In this document: positions 48,078 to 57,726 of the stretch, one piece after another
Layout: the number at the start of each line of letters is the position of its first letter
Numbering within the stretch: the stretch's first letter is position 1
Origin: Caldisericia bacterium
GTDB lineage: Bacteria; Caldisericota; Caldisericia; JAAYUI01
DNA: 64,000 bases
NCBI GenBank assembly: GCA_963674785.1
Contig: OY771555.1
Span: 2,112,001-2,176,000, forward strand
Direction: 5' to 3'
Made by a program: the position numbers and the translations under genes
Notes under the pieces: generated by a model
Database searches by the model: none
What the model was told of the DNA's origin: nothing
The model's input: only the letters and a program-made list of their open reading frames with translations

Positions 48078-48635
48078 ATGGGTAAAAGCGCACTTACTAG
48101 CTGGCTTGTTATTGCAGGAAAAGATTTCAAAATACTATTCAAGAATCGCTCTCTCTTTTTGATTTTTATGGGTGTTTTGGCAGCTCTGATAACTCTTGCA
48201 ATCATACAGGGAACATTTATAAAGGAGACTATTTATACTTGGCTTGATGCCGACAAATATCTTCCAATGCTCCCAAACTACATGATATATTTTGTAATTT
48301 TTACATCCACACTATATATGATGAATCAAGGACCAGCTTCTTTCACCAATGAATATCAGACAGGAACAATTGATAGATTAAAAATTCAGAATGTGAGTAT
48401 TTTTTCACTTTCAGCCGGTAAAATTGTGTTCTTCTATTTGATCGCAATAATCTTGACACTGATATTCAATGGTCTTGCAACATACTTTTTCTGGGACAAA
48501 GGGATCACTCCAATGAACTGGACAGTATCAAATGCATTAGTCCATATTCTCTTATGGCCGCTAGGAATGGTCCTCGGAGCATACATCGTTTATTTGATCA
48601 TCTCACTCATAAATTTTTACAGTAAAAAAAGATAG
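48078..48635 (+). CDS. ABC-2-type permease-like membrane protein
   Basis: About 4 TM segments; KDFKIL and EYQTGTIDRL...GK pattern. Confidence 0.65.
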   Translation: MGKSALTSWLVIAGKDFKILFKNRSLFLIFMGVLAALITLAIIQGTFIKETIYTWLDADKYLPMLPNYMIYFVIFTSTLYMMNQGPASFTNEYQTGTIDRLKIQNVSIFSLSAGKIVFFYLIAIILTLIFNGLATYFFWDKGITPMNWTVSNALVHILLWPLGMVLGAYIVYLIISLINFYSKKR

Positions 48636-48647
48636 CTAAAACTGTTT

Positions 48648-49109
48648 ATGAAAAGGCTGTATAAATCCAGAGGTGATAGAGTTATTTCAGGTGTATGTGG
48701 TGGCATTGCTAAATACTTTGGTATCGACTCTACTCTGATAAGGGTTATCTGGGTAATCTCGTTTCTAATCGGTGGAGTCGGTTTGTTTGGTTACGTAATT
48801 GCAATGATAATTATTCCAACTGAACCATATGATCAAAAAAAATCTGATAGGAAAGTTGATGTTTTTCAATCGAATACAAGTTCATCTTTTGACAAAGAAT
48901 TCGACACTGATTCAGATTTCCTAAACATTGACAAGAATAAGGTAAAAAACAACTTACCAATAATTCTCGGTGCAGCCCTGATTGGGTTCGGAATTCTTGT
49001 TCTGGCATCAACACTTGGATTCTTTGATTTTAGGATAATCGGAAAAATTATTGTCCCCGTGATCATAATTGGGCTTGGGTTATTCTTTGTATTAAACAGC
49101 AGAAAATAA
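48648..49109 (+). CDS. PspC domain membrane protein
   Basis: RLYKS...GVCGGIAKYFGID...IIIP motif plus C-terminal TMs. Confidence 0.88.
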   Translation: MKRLYKSRGDRVISGVCGGIAKYFGIDSTLIRVIWVISFLIGGVGLFGYVIAMIIIPTEPYDQKKSDRKVDVFQSNTSSSFDKEFDTDSDFLNIDKNKVKNNLPIILGAALIGFGILVLASTLGFFDFRIIGKIIVPVIIIGLGLFFVLNSRK

Positions 49110-49123
49110 CTAGTAAAAGTCGA

Positions 49124-49199
49124 TGGTGGAGCAGAGGAGACTCGAACTCCCTACCTCATCCTTGCGAAGGATGCGCTCTGCCAGATGAGCTACTGCCCC
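49124..49199 (-). tRNA. tRNA-Ala (CGC), CCA encoded
   Basis: GGGGCAGTAGCTCATCTGGCAGAGCGCATCC-TTCGCAA-GGATGAGGTAGGGAGTTCGAGTCTCCTCTGCTCCACCA. Confidence 0.95.
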
Positions 49200-49313
49200 T
49201 AACACCCACGGTATTCTATGTCTTTAATGAAACAACTCAAGGTTTTGTTTTGTATTGTTGTATGAAAATCGATTATCGCTAACATTGTATTTGAAATTGG
49301 AGGAATGGACTCT

Positions 49314-50462
49314 ATGAAAAAAATTGGATTATTTATCACAGTCATAACAGTTGTAGCAATTTTTGGGTCGTGTGGATTTTCACAAGGTGTTACAGGCAAC
49401 ATATATGATTCTATATATGGAACAAAAATTACCCGAGACAGCGGTGTAACAATTGTTCTGAAAAACCTTGATAACACAAGACTCCCAGAAGTTGAAGTGA
49501 CTCCATCAAAAGACGGCACATACAAGATAGAGGCAAAACCTGGTCGATACAGAATTGAAACCGATGATCCAGACCTCAACTACAAAAGGTTTATTCAGCC
49601 AATCGAGATTGGTGAAGGCGTGATGGAGTTCGATATTCCCACTGAACCAATTGTCAAAACCTGGATTCACGGTCTGATTGCCGAAGTTCAACCAGGGAAA
49701 ACTGCTGAAGAAGATTATAAAACACTCATTGAGGGTGCAGTTATTGAGATTGACGGAAAATCTTCTATAACAGACGAAAATGGAAGTTTTGAGATTAAGT
49801 ATATCAAGTCTGGTTTGAAAAAGGTCACAATCAAAGCTGATGGATACAAACCATACAATAAAGCATATAACCTCTCAAAGGGTGAAACAATCGAATATTT
49901 TGAGCTTGAACCAGTTATCGATAAAGACCAGAGCCTGGTGTCATCGGTTACAAATCTTATCTCATTCAAGTCTGAGATTCTTTCTGGCACATCAAGTAAA
50001 AACATAACAGACTCATATGTATCCACTCTAATCACCTCACCATACACACTTGAAGTCGAAAATGCGAACAAAAAATTAAAGATGGTCTTGGGTGAGATTC
50101 ATCATTTCGACGAATCAACCAACGAGTACATAAGATCTGACTCTCATGATTCAGAAACCATAAATTTTGTGAAGTCAAGTTTTCAAATCTTGACTGATAT
50201 TGGTAAATTCGTATCCAATTCCAATGATTTAAAAATTGGAGAGACTATCGGAAATCTCAGTGGATATAGTTGTTCCCCATATGAATTCATATACGTTGAC
50301 AATGAAGGACTCGAATACGACGCAAAGCTTTGGGTTATTATCGATGGACAATTTGAGACGTATCCAATAAAACTTACTCTGTTCAACAAAAAGAATAATG
50401 AGTATCTTGAGATAAATCTCTTTGGGTTCAACAGTCCAGAAAACAATGTGATTCTTAACTAA
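49314..50462 (+). CDS. Putative lipoprotein with carboxypeptidase-regulatory-like domains
   Basis: Lipobox-like FGSC; DGTY...PGRY and TDENGSF...ADGY repeats. Confidence 0.7.
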   Translation: MKKIGLFITVITVVAIFGSCGFSQGVTGNIYDSIYGTKITRDSGVTIVLKNLDNTRLPEVEVTPSKDGTYKIEAKPGRYRIETDDPDLNYKRFIQPIEIGEGVMEFDIPTEPIVKTWIHGLIAEVQPGKTAEEDYKTLIEGAVIEIDGKSSITDENGSFEIKYIKSGLKKVTIKADGYKPYNKAYNLSKGETIEYFELEPVIDKDQSLVSSVTNLISFKSEILSGTSSKNITDSYVSTLITSPYTLEVENANKKLKMVLGEIHHFDESTNEYIRSDSHDSETINFVKSSFQILTDIGKFVSNSNDLKIGETIGNLSGYSCSPYEFIYVDNEGLEYDAKLWVIIDGQFETYPIKLTLFNKKNNEYLEINLFGFNSPENNVILN

Positions 50463-50487
50463 AAAGAGTCCTTAATCTTTACAAGAT

Positions 50488-50607
50488 TGACAACACGAAT
50501 TGTAATTGTATCCTAGTTGTTACCTGCTCTTGGAGAGGTAGCGGGTCTCATCTATGACCACATCGGTCAAAAAAAGCACTCCCAAACCTAAATCCTCTCC
50601 TCCCCTT
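50488..50607 (+). ncRNA. Candidate small RNA with its own promoter
   Basis: TTGACA-N16-TATCCT, then hairpins and a CU-rich tract; no plus-strand CDS follows. Confidence 0.3.
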
Positions 50608-50627
50608 GATACTTTCAGTAGATATTT

Positions 50628-50649
50628 AAGATTAAATTAATTTAATCTT
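50628..50649. repeat. Perfect 22-bp AT-rich palindrome at the lspA 3' end
   Basis: AAGATTAAATTAATTTAATCTT. Confidence 0.7.
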
Positions 50650-51131
50650 CACTGGTCATTAGTGTCGGGTTGAGTTTCAAGGAAAAACATGATTATCACA
50701 AGAAGAACCGCAGCGACAACAATCCCCATGTCTGCAACGTTGAAGACCGGAAAATCGATAAAATCGACATGAATAAAATCGACAACGAATCCTCTTGTAA
50801 TTCTATCGAGAAGATTACCGACAGCCCCACCCAAAATCATACCAATCGTTACACTCGTCCATTTATCCTTAACGATCTTCGGTATGAAAATAATAATCAG
50901 AACGATGATTAGAACTGCCAATCCAGCAAAAATCATGTTACTGCCCTGTGCAAGCCCCCAAATAGTTCCATAGTTGTGAACTTTCACAGCAGAAACAACA
51001 CCAGGAATCAAAGGAAAACTCTGTCCGAGTTTCAATCCGTGTGAGACAATTATCTTTGACAGTTGATCAAGAAAAAGTACAATTCCACAAGATATTACTA
51101 ACCTCAAAAAAAGATTTTTCGGGATTTTCAT
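50649..51131 (-). CDS. lspA: Lipoprotein signal peptidase
   Basis: DQLSK, NYG, GGAVGNLLDR, VVDFI and FNVAD motifs. Confidence 0.95.
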   Translation of the reverse strand: MKIPKNLFLRLVISCGIVLFLDQLSKIIVSHGLKLGQSFPLIPGVVSAVKVHNYGTIWGLAQGSNMIFAGLAVLIIVLIIIFIPKIVKDKWTSVTIGMILGGAVGNLLDRITRGFVVDFIHVDFIDFPVFNVADMGIVVAAVLLVIIMFFLETQPDTNDQ

Positions 51132-51152
51132 ATTATTTAATAATTTGTTCTA

Positions 51153-51665
51153 TTATTCAACAGATTCAGCTTCAGTATCTGAAATAGAAGTGTCTATTGG
51201 GGTTGATGTAGAATCAATATGTTCCTGTGTTTTTTCCTGAAGTGAAGAGTCCATATTATCAAGCAGATTCAAAAAGGTTGAGAGATACGCTCGAAACTCA
51301 CTTTTAAACTCAAGATATGCACCGGATATAGATCTCATCATCTGCTTTGTTTCCGTCAACTGCTGTTCAGCCTTTGACTTCGCATTCAGAACAATCAAGT
51401 CAGCTTCAGCCCGGGCATTGTTTTTTACTTCTTCAGCAGTTTTTTGAGCAAGAGTTAAAGCTTGTTCAAGCTGTCTTCCAGTTGATCTATATCTATCAAC
51501 CTCCTCGGTAAGCCTTTCGACTTTTTCCTGGAGCTCTTTATTATCTCTATAAAGCTGAGAAAAATCCTTTTCAACCTGCATCAGAAATTCCTGAACTTCC
51601 TGCTTGTTGAAACCAGATACACCGCTTTTAAACGTCTTATGTTGTATATCAAGAGGTACTAGCAT
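51153..51665 (-). CDS. divIVA: DivIVA-family cell division protein
   Basis: PLDIQHKTF...GFNKQEVQEFL, coiled coil, LTLAQKTAEEVK. Confidence 0.88.
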   Translation of the reverse strand: MLVPLDIQHKTFKSGVSGFNKQEVQEFLMQVEKDFSQLYRDNKELQEKVERLTEEVDRYRSTGRQLEQALTLAQKTAEEVKNNARAEADLIVLNAKSKAEQQLTETKQMMRSISGAYLEFKSEFRAYLSTFLNLLDNMDSSLQEKTQEHIDSTSTPIDTSISDTEAESVE

Positions 51666-51733
51666 TTTTTATTTAAACCCCCTTATCCATAATTATTCTA
51701 TACACGTGAGAAATACTGTCAAGTGGCTGATTT

Positions 51734-53053
51734 CTAGATTTTCAGCTTCGGGTCAAGTGCATCTCTTAATCCATCACCCAAGAAATTGAATGCCAGAACA
51801 ACAAGTGCAATCACAATTCCAGGGACAAGCCAAACATGTGGCGAATCAAGAGCATGTTGAAATCCATCGTTGATCATTGAGCCCCAAGAAGGCATAGGTG
51901 GTCTAACACCGATCCCAAGAAACGATAATCCAGCTTCAGACATAATTGCACCAGCAATTCCAAGTGAAACATATACAATTATTGGCGCAAGCATATTTGG
52001 TAAGAGGTGTCTAAGAATTATTCGTTTGTTTTTTGCACCAATTGCCTTTGCAGCCTCAACAAATTCTGATTCCTTAAGAGCAACTACCTCGCCACGAATA
52101 ATCCTTACAATCGGAGGCCATCCAACAAGACCCAGTGCAATAAAAACGTTAAACAAGTCTCGACCAAGAACAGCCATAACGGCAATCGCAAAAAGTAATC
52201 CCGGGAATGCAAACATTATATCAGTAAACCTCGATATAACAGAATCGATCCAGCCACCATAAAAACCTGCCAATGCGCCAAGCGTAATGCCGATAATCAA
52301 TGAGATCAATATTACAACGATACCAACATAAAGAGAAATCCTCGCTCCATGAACTAGTCTTTGGGCAATATCTCGTCCTGCGTTATCAGTCCCAAGAATT
52401 GGTCTTTTCATTGGTCCAGATTCTATTTCAGTTGAGATTAAATCAGATGCTCCTTTTGGGTGAAGTCTCTTGTTTCCAGACTCAACATCAACAACGACAT
52501 ATGCAACACCTAAATCTTCCCACTCGACATCAACGAGCTCACCTGAGACAACTTCTTTAGAGTTCTTTGTATGTTTTCCAAGGGAATCATATCTATACCA
52601 ATGTTCCATCACAAGAACGGATTTTGTTGATCTGAACGTATATAAATCATCAGCTTCACCAATAATCTCATAACCAGGTGGAAGCGACTTACTATTCAAG
52701 GGAACAAATTCAGTTTTTCCATCAGGAAGTTTTATCTCAAGAGCATTTCCAAGTTTTTCGAACAATACATTTTCTGATCTCTTGCCAACAATTTTATAAT
52801 ACGATTCTTCAGAATCAGATACTTCATAGATATATTTTTTAGTTTCAAATTGATCCTTTGATTTTGCAGCATAAACCTGTTTCATTGGAGGAATTAATGT
52901 TGCATCAAGATTCATTGAATATGGATCAGGTGCAATGACGTCTGCAAAAAGAGAAACAATAATCATTAAAAGGATTATAGATAATCCGATAACCGCCAAC
53001 TTATGTCTGAAAAGTCGTCTAAAAACAGTTCTATTGAATTTCTTTTGCGTCAT
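51734..53053 (-). CDS. Peptide ABC permease (OppC/DppC) with large extracytoplasmic insertion
   Basis: LGTDNAGRD, EAA loop (FVEAAKAIGA) and GDGLRDALDP motifs. Confidence 0.9.
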   Translation of the reverse strand: MTQKKFNRTVFRRLFRHKLAVIGLSIILLMIIVSLFADVIAPDPYSMNLDATLIPPMKQVYAAKSKDQFETKKYIYEVSDSEESYYKIVGKRSENVLFEKLGNALEIKLPDGKTEFVPLNSKSLPPGYEIIGEADDLYTFRSTKSVLVMEHWYRYDSLGKHTKNSKEVVSGELVDVEWEDLGVAYVVVDVESGNKRLHPKGASDLISTEIESGPMKRPILGTDNAGRDIAQRLVHGARISLYVGIVVILISLIIGITLGALAGFYGGWIDSVISRFTDIMFAFPGLLFAIAVMAVLGRDLFNVFIALGLVGWPPIVRIIRGEVVALKESEFVEAAKAIGAKNKRIILRHLLPNMLAPIIVYVSLGIAGAIMSEAGLSFLGIGVRPPMPSWGSMINDGFQHALDSPHVWLVPGIVIALVVLAFNFLGDGLRDALDPKLKI

Positions 53054-53989
53054 TTATTTCAACCTCACTCTCGGGTCAATATACGCATAAGAAATATCAA
53101 CGATAAGATTTGTTACAACAAACACGAGTGCCATAAACAAAACAACACCCATCACGACGGGCATATCTCTTTTTTCGATCGCTGTGATCATTGTTGTTCC
53201 AAGTCCAGGCCAACTAAAGACTTTTTCGGTAATAATCGCACCAGCCATAAGAGAGGCAAAGTAGTTACCAATAACGGTCACAATAGGAATCAGGGCATTT
53301 TTAAGGGCATGCTTATAGACGACAACGATCTCCTTGACCCCTTTTGATCTTGCTGTTCTTACATGGTCAGACTTCATTTGTTCAAGAAGGGTTGACCTTG
53401 TCATCCTTGAGATCATGGCGAGAGGAATTGTTCCAAGTGCAATTGTTGGTAGAATCAAATGCTTAAACGATGCCCATCCACCTGGGCCATAACCAACTCC
53501 AGGGATCACCCCCAGATATCTAATAAATACAAGTTGAAGGATAAGACCGAGAACGAAAATGGGCGTTGAAACACCCAGCAAAGCCATGAACATGAAAGCA
53601 TTGTCAGCAAATGAGTATTGCCGAGTAGCAGAAACAATTCCTGCAGGAATACCAAAAAAAACTGCAAATATCATCGCAGATGTCGCAAGTTTAAGTGTCG
53701 CAGGAAACGCCTCTAAGATTCTTTTTGTAACTGGTTCGCTCGTTTCGATAGATTTTCCCAAATCACCTTGAACGGCATTCCAAAGATACTTTCCGTATCT
53801 TACAGGCCATGGCAAATCCATGCCAAGTTCGTGTCTAATTCGTTCCTGGAGTGCAGGGTCAGGATGCTGACCCAATGAAACCCTTACGGGGTCTCCTGGG
53901 ACAACAAGAAACAACATAAATGTGATAAACGTGATACCAATTATTACGGGAATCAACTGGATTACTCTTTTTATTATATACTGGAACAT
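53054..53989 (-). CDS. Peptide ABC permease (OppB/DppB)
   Basis: PGDP, RTARSKG, HALKNA and DPRVR motifs. Confidence 0.92.
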   Translation of the reverse strand: MFQYIIKRVIQLIPVIIGITFITFMLFLVVPGDPVRVSLGQHPDPALQERIRHELGMDLPWPVRYGKYLWNAVQGDLGKSIETSEPVTKRILEAFPATLKLATSAMIFAVFFGIPAGIVSATRQYSFADNAFMFMALLGVSTPIFVLGLILQLVFIRYLGVIPGVGYGPGGWASFKHLILPTIALGTIPLAMISRMTRSTLLEQMKSDHVRTARSKGVKEIVVVYKHALKNALIPIVTVIGNYFASLMAGAIITEKVFSWPGLGTTMITAIEKRDMPVVMGVVLFMALVFVVTNLIVDISYAYIDPRVRLK

Positions 53990-53995
53990 AATATG

Positions 53996-54033
53996 AAAAA
54001 AGCAGGAACACAGCTAAAAGCTGCATTCCTGCT
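53996..54033 (-). terminator. Hairpin/terminator after the substrate-binding protein gene
   Basis: AGCAGGAATGCAGCT-loop-AGCTGTGTTCCTGCT followed by T's on the minus strand. Confidence 0.75.
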
Positions 54034-54057
54034 CAAATTATTTCTTATCCTTCCTTA

Positions 54058-55680
54058 TTAATGGATCTCAACATAGTTATGTGGGAGTGTTCCCATTGCA
54101 GTGATTCGGAATCCTTTTACGTTGCTCTTTAAAAGATACCATTCAGTTCCGAAATTAACCGGCATCCAAACAGCATCATCCATCGCAATCTTTTCAGCCT
54201 GCTTGTAAAGCTCCATTCTTGATTTAAGATCAGTTAACCTCTGGGCATCTCTAACAAATGAGTCGAACTCAGGGTTATTATAGAATGCGGCTCCACCATT
54301 TGGACCAGCATTTGCCGAATCAAGAAGAACCCAAAGGAAGTTATCAGGATCGGGGTAATCAGCAACCCAACCAAGTCTAAACATTGGGAACTCGCCATTG
54401 TCAATCTTGTCAAGATATGTTGCCCATTCAAACTCTTCCAAAACTAGGTTGATACCGAGATTATTCTTGATCTGATTCTGGATAAACTCTGCGACATTTT
54501 TATGTGTCGCAGTTCCCTTATTGTATGCAAATGTTATTGTCTCCGGAAGAACAAGACCCTCTGAGACGGCTTCATCAAGGAGTTTTTTTGCCATCTGTGG
54601 GTCGTATGGGTAAGCATCAGTTGCACTCTCATAATTTGGCATTGCGGTTGGGATGATTCCAGTTGCAAGAGCAAAACGACTATGATAAATCTCATCAATT
54701 ATCTGATTTCTATCAACAGCATAACAGAATGCTTGTCTCAGTTTCAAATTATCAAATGGCTCAGAGTTTGTTCTAAAACCCATATACTGAATACTAAGCA
54801 GCTCAATTTTATCAAGTTCAGAAAAAAGCGTTTCATCATCCTTTATTCTGTCAAAATCAGCATCAGCAACAACATTGTAGTCAATATTTCCAGCTTCATA
54901 TTCCTGCTGTCTTACTGTATCTTCTTTGTGAATATAGTACTCAAGTCGATCGATTCTTGGCTTATCACCCCAATAGTTTTCATTTGGAAGGAGTACAAGC
55001 TTCTGGTTTCGAACCCAATCAGAAAGAATAAATGGACCTGAGCCAACTGGATTATTCTCATACCAGAGTTCGTCATCTTCATCGATTGAAGCAGAGTTGA
55101 TAATCCAGGCTGAGCTATATGTGAGTTTGTGGAGGAAAACCGGTGAAATCTCTTTTATTGTTATTTCAACAGTTTTATCATCAATTACTTTAATTCCTTT
55201 AACTTCAGTTTCAATACTATCCATGAAGTCATCAGAACCAGCAATCTCCTCAAGAATCCACGTTCTTGGAGATTTTGTTTCAGGATCAAGAATTCTTTCG
55301 AAGCTAAGTTTTACATCGTTTGCGGTAACAGGATCACCGTTGTTGAATTTTGCATCTCTGAGGTTGAAGGTGTATACGGTTCCATCCTCAGAAATTTCCC
55401 ATGATTTCGCAAGACATGGCACGATATTCAGATCAACATCGTATGTTACAAGTCCTTCAAAAATCTGCTTTCCGACCTCATGGCTAGTTGTATCGGTTAG
55501 TTGAGCAGGGTCGATTGTTGGAACAGGTTGGGCAAGCGGAAATCTGAAAACACCACCATAAACTATCTCATCCGTTGTTCCACCATTATCAGTTGTATCC
55601 GGTGTTTTTTCGGCACCACATGCCAGAGCTAAACCAGAAACCAACAAAACTACCAGCAACAATGTAAAAAATTTCTTCAT
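54058..55680 (-). CDS. Peptide ABC substrate-binding lipoprotein (family 5)
   Basis: Lipobox LALAC; IFEGLV, LAKSW, VGSGPF and GWVADYPDP motifs. Confidence 0.92.
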   Translation of the reverse strand: MKKFFTLLLVVLLVSGLALACGAEKTPDTTDNGGTTDEIVYGGVFRFPLAQPVPTIDPAQLTDTTSHEVGKQIFEGLVTYDVDLNIVPCLAKSWEISEDGTVYTFNLRDAKFNNGDPVTANDVKLSFERILDPETKSPRTWILEEIAGSDDFMDSIETEVKGIKVIDDKTVEITIKEISPVFLHKLTYSSAWIINSASIDEDDELWYENNPVGSGPFILSDWVRNQKLVLLPNENYWGDKPRIDRLEYYIHKEDTVRQQEYEAGNIDYNVVADADFDRIKDDETLFSELDKIELLSIQYMGFRTNSEPFDNLKLRQAFCYAVDRNQIIDEIYHSRFALATGIIPTAMPNYESATDAYPYDPQMAKKLLDEAVSEGLVLPETITFAYNKGTATHKNVAEFIQNQIKNNLGINLVLEEFEWATYLDKIDNGEFPMFRLGWVADYPDPDNFLWVLLDSANAGPNGGAAFYNNPEFDSFVRDAQRLTDLKSRMELYKQAEKIAMDDAVWMPVNFGTEWYLLKSNVKGFRITAMGTLPHNYVEIH

Positions 55681-55695
55681 CCTTCCTCCTTATGC

Positions 55696-56679
55696 TTATT
55701 CTTGAATATGTGGGCAAGCAGTCATATGACCACCACCAACATCGATTAATGGATATTCACCTTTATCACACTTAAATGTGTCTTTATTTTTTGCGTAGTA
55801 TTCACATCTTGTATGGAATCTACAACCTGAAGGTGGATTGATTGGGGATGGAATGTCGCCCTCAAGGAGAGCATGGTCTTTACGTTTTTCTGGATCAGGG
55901 ACAGGAATAGCATGAAGGAGAGCTTTTGTATATGGGTGTAGAGGTCTTCTAAATAGCTCATTGCCATCTGCAATTTCTACAATTTTACCAAGATACATAA
56001 CAGCAATTCTATCTGACATATGTCTTACAACAGCAAGGTCGTGTGCAATGAAGAGATATGTAAGTTTTAGCTTTTCCTGAAGCTCTTGCATAAGGTTGAT
56101 GATCTGTGATTGAATCGAAACATCAAGTGCTGAAACAGGTTCATCACATACAATGAACTTTGGATTGAGAATAATTGATCTTGCGATTCCAACTCTTTGT
56201 CTCTGACCACCGGAGAATTCATGAGGATATCTGTGAAGATACTCAGGTCTAAGTCCAACAACTTCCATAAGTTCTTGAACAATTCTTTCTCTTTCTTTCT
56301 TTTCGGCAAGGCCATGAATTACAAGTGGTTCACCAATAATATCACCAACAGGCATTCTTTTATTAAGTGATCCAAACGGATCCTGGAAGATGATCTGCAT
56401 TTCGCGTCTTTGTCTTCTGAGGGTTTCACCTCTCATTTTTGCAACATCTTTTCCGTCAAAAAGGACTTGTCCACCGGTTGGCTCATAAAGCTTGAGGATG
56501 GTTTTTCCGGTTGTTGTTTTTCCAGAACCAGATTCACCAACGAGGGAGAATGTTTCACCTTCATTGATTGTAAAGGTAAGATCATCAACAGCTTTGACGT
56601 TTGCGATTGTTCTTGATAAAAGACCACCGGTAATCGGGAAATATTTTTTAAGACCTGTTACTTTGACCAATTCCTTCAT
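55696..56679 (-). CDS. Peptide ABC ATP-binding protein (OppF/DppF)
   Basis: GESGSGKTT, FSGGQRQR, CDEPVSALD and CRFHTRC motifs. Confidence 0.94.
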   Translation of the reverse strand: MKELVKVTGLKKYFPITGGLLSRTIANVKAVDDLTFTINEGETFSLVGESGSGKTTTGKTILKLYEPTGGQVLFDGKDVAKMRGETLRRQRREMQIIFQDPFGSLNKRMPVGDIIGEPLVIHGLAEKKERERIVQELMEVVGLRPEYLHRYPHEFSGGQRQRVGIARSIILNPKFIVCDEPVSALDVSIQSQIINLMQELQEKLKLTYLFIAHDLAVVRHMSDRIAVMYLGKIVEIADGNELFRRPLHPYTKALLHAIPVPDPEKRKDHALLEGDIPSPINPPSGCRFHTRCEYYAKNKDTFKCDKGEYPLIDVGGGHMTACPHIQE

Positions 56680-57716
56680 TACTTACCCCCTTCCTTTGTG
56701 ATTGGGAACCAGCAACGAAGTTTCCTTCCGTCTTCCATTGTCTGAAGTGGTGGTTCTTCTTCTCTGCATTTTTGACCAGCATTAAAACATCTTGGATGAA
56801 ATTTACATCCTACGGGAAGGTTATATGGGCTTGGAACCATACCTTCGATTGTTGGAAGTTTTTCATCTTTCTTTTCCTGGTCAACTCTTGGAATTGAGTG
56901 AAGAAGACCCCAAGTATATGGATGCCTTGGGTCTTTAAATATCTGATTTGCAGTCGTATACTCAACAATCTTTCCAGCGTACATAACTGCAATTGTATCA
57001 GCCATTTCGGCAACAACAGCGAGGTTGTGGGTAATCAAAATAATTGACATCCCAAAACGTCTTCTGAGGTCTTTCATGAGTTCAAGAATCTGAGCCTGGA
57101 TTGTAACATCAAGAGCCGTTGTAGCCTCATCCGCAATAAGGATTTCTGGGTTACAAGCCATCGCCATAGCGATCATAACTCTCTGTCTCATTCCACCAGA
57201 CATTTGATGTGGATAGTTTAGAACACGTTTTTCTGGGTCAGGAATACCAACAAGCTTGAGCATCTCTGTTGCTCTTCTCCAAGCTGGAGTATCGAGTCTT
57301 TTGATTCTTGAAAACCAATTTCTCCAAGAATAACCCTTCAAACCCTGATGAAGTGTGAGCGATTCCGCAATCTGATCACCAACCATAAAAACAGGATTAA
57401 GTGAGGTCATTGGTTCCTGGAAAATCATGGAAATATTTGAACCTCTGATCTGTCGAACCTTTCTCATTGGCATCTTTACAAGATCGTCCCCATGATAAAG
57501 TATCTGACCGTTCACAATTTTTCCTGGTGGTTGTGGAATAAGTCTCATAATTGAAAGTGAGGTAACTGATTTACCGCAGCCAGATTCACCAACAATTCCT
57601 AATGTTTCGCCTTTATGAACTGTGAAACTCACATCATCAACAGCAGGAACAACACCATCAGACATATAGAAATATGTCTTCAGATTTTTAACATCAAGTA
57701 TTACTTCTTTTTCCAT
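56679..57716 (-). CDS. Peptide ABC ATP-binding protein (OppD/DppD)
   Basis: GESGCGKS, MSGGMRQR and ADEATTALD motifs; start at MEKEV (57716). Confidence 0.94.
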   Translation of the reverse strand: MEKEVILDVKNLKTYFYMSDGVVPAVDDVSFTVHKGETLGIVGESGCGKSVTSLSIMRLIPQPPGKIVNGQILYHGDDLVKMPMRKVRQIRGSNISMIFQEPMTSLNPVFMVGDQIAESLTLHQGLKGYSWRNWFSRIKRLDTPAWRRATEMLKLVGIPDPEKRVLNYPHQMSGGMRQRVMIAMAMACNPEILIADEATTALDVTIQAQILELMKDLRRRFGMSIILITHNLAVVAEMADTIAVMYAGKIVEYTTANQIFKDPRHPYTWGLLHSIPRVDQEKKDEKLPTIEGMVPSPYNLPVGCKFHPRCFNAGQKCREEEPPLQTMEDGRKLRCWFPITKEGGK

Positions 57717-57726
57717 GTTCACCACC

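Noticed and set aside
50461-50640. 6S RNA or preQ1 riboswitch identity for the intergenic element
   Set aside because: I could not build the long 6S rod or the preQ1 pseudoknot, and no gene lies downstream on that strand.
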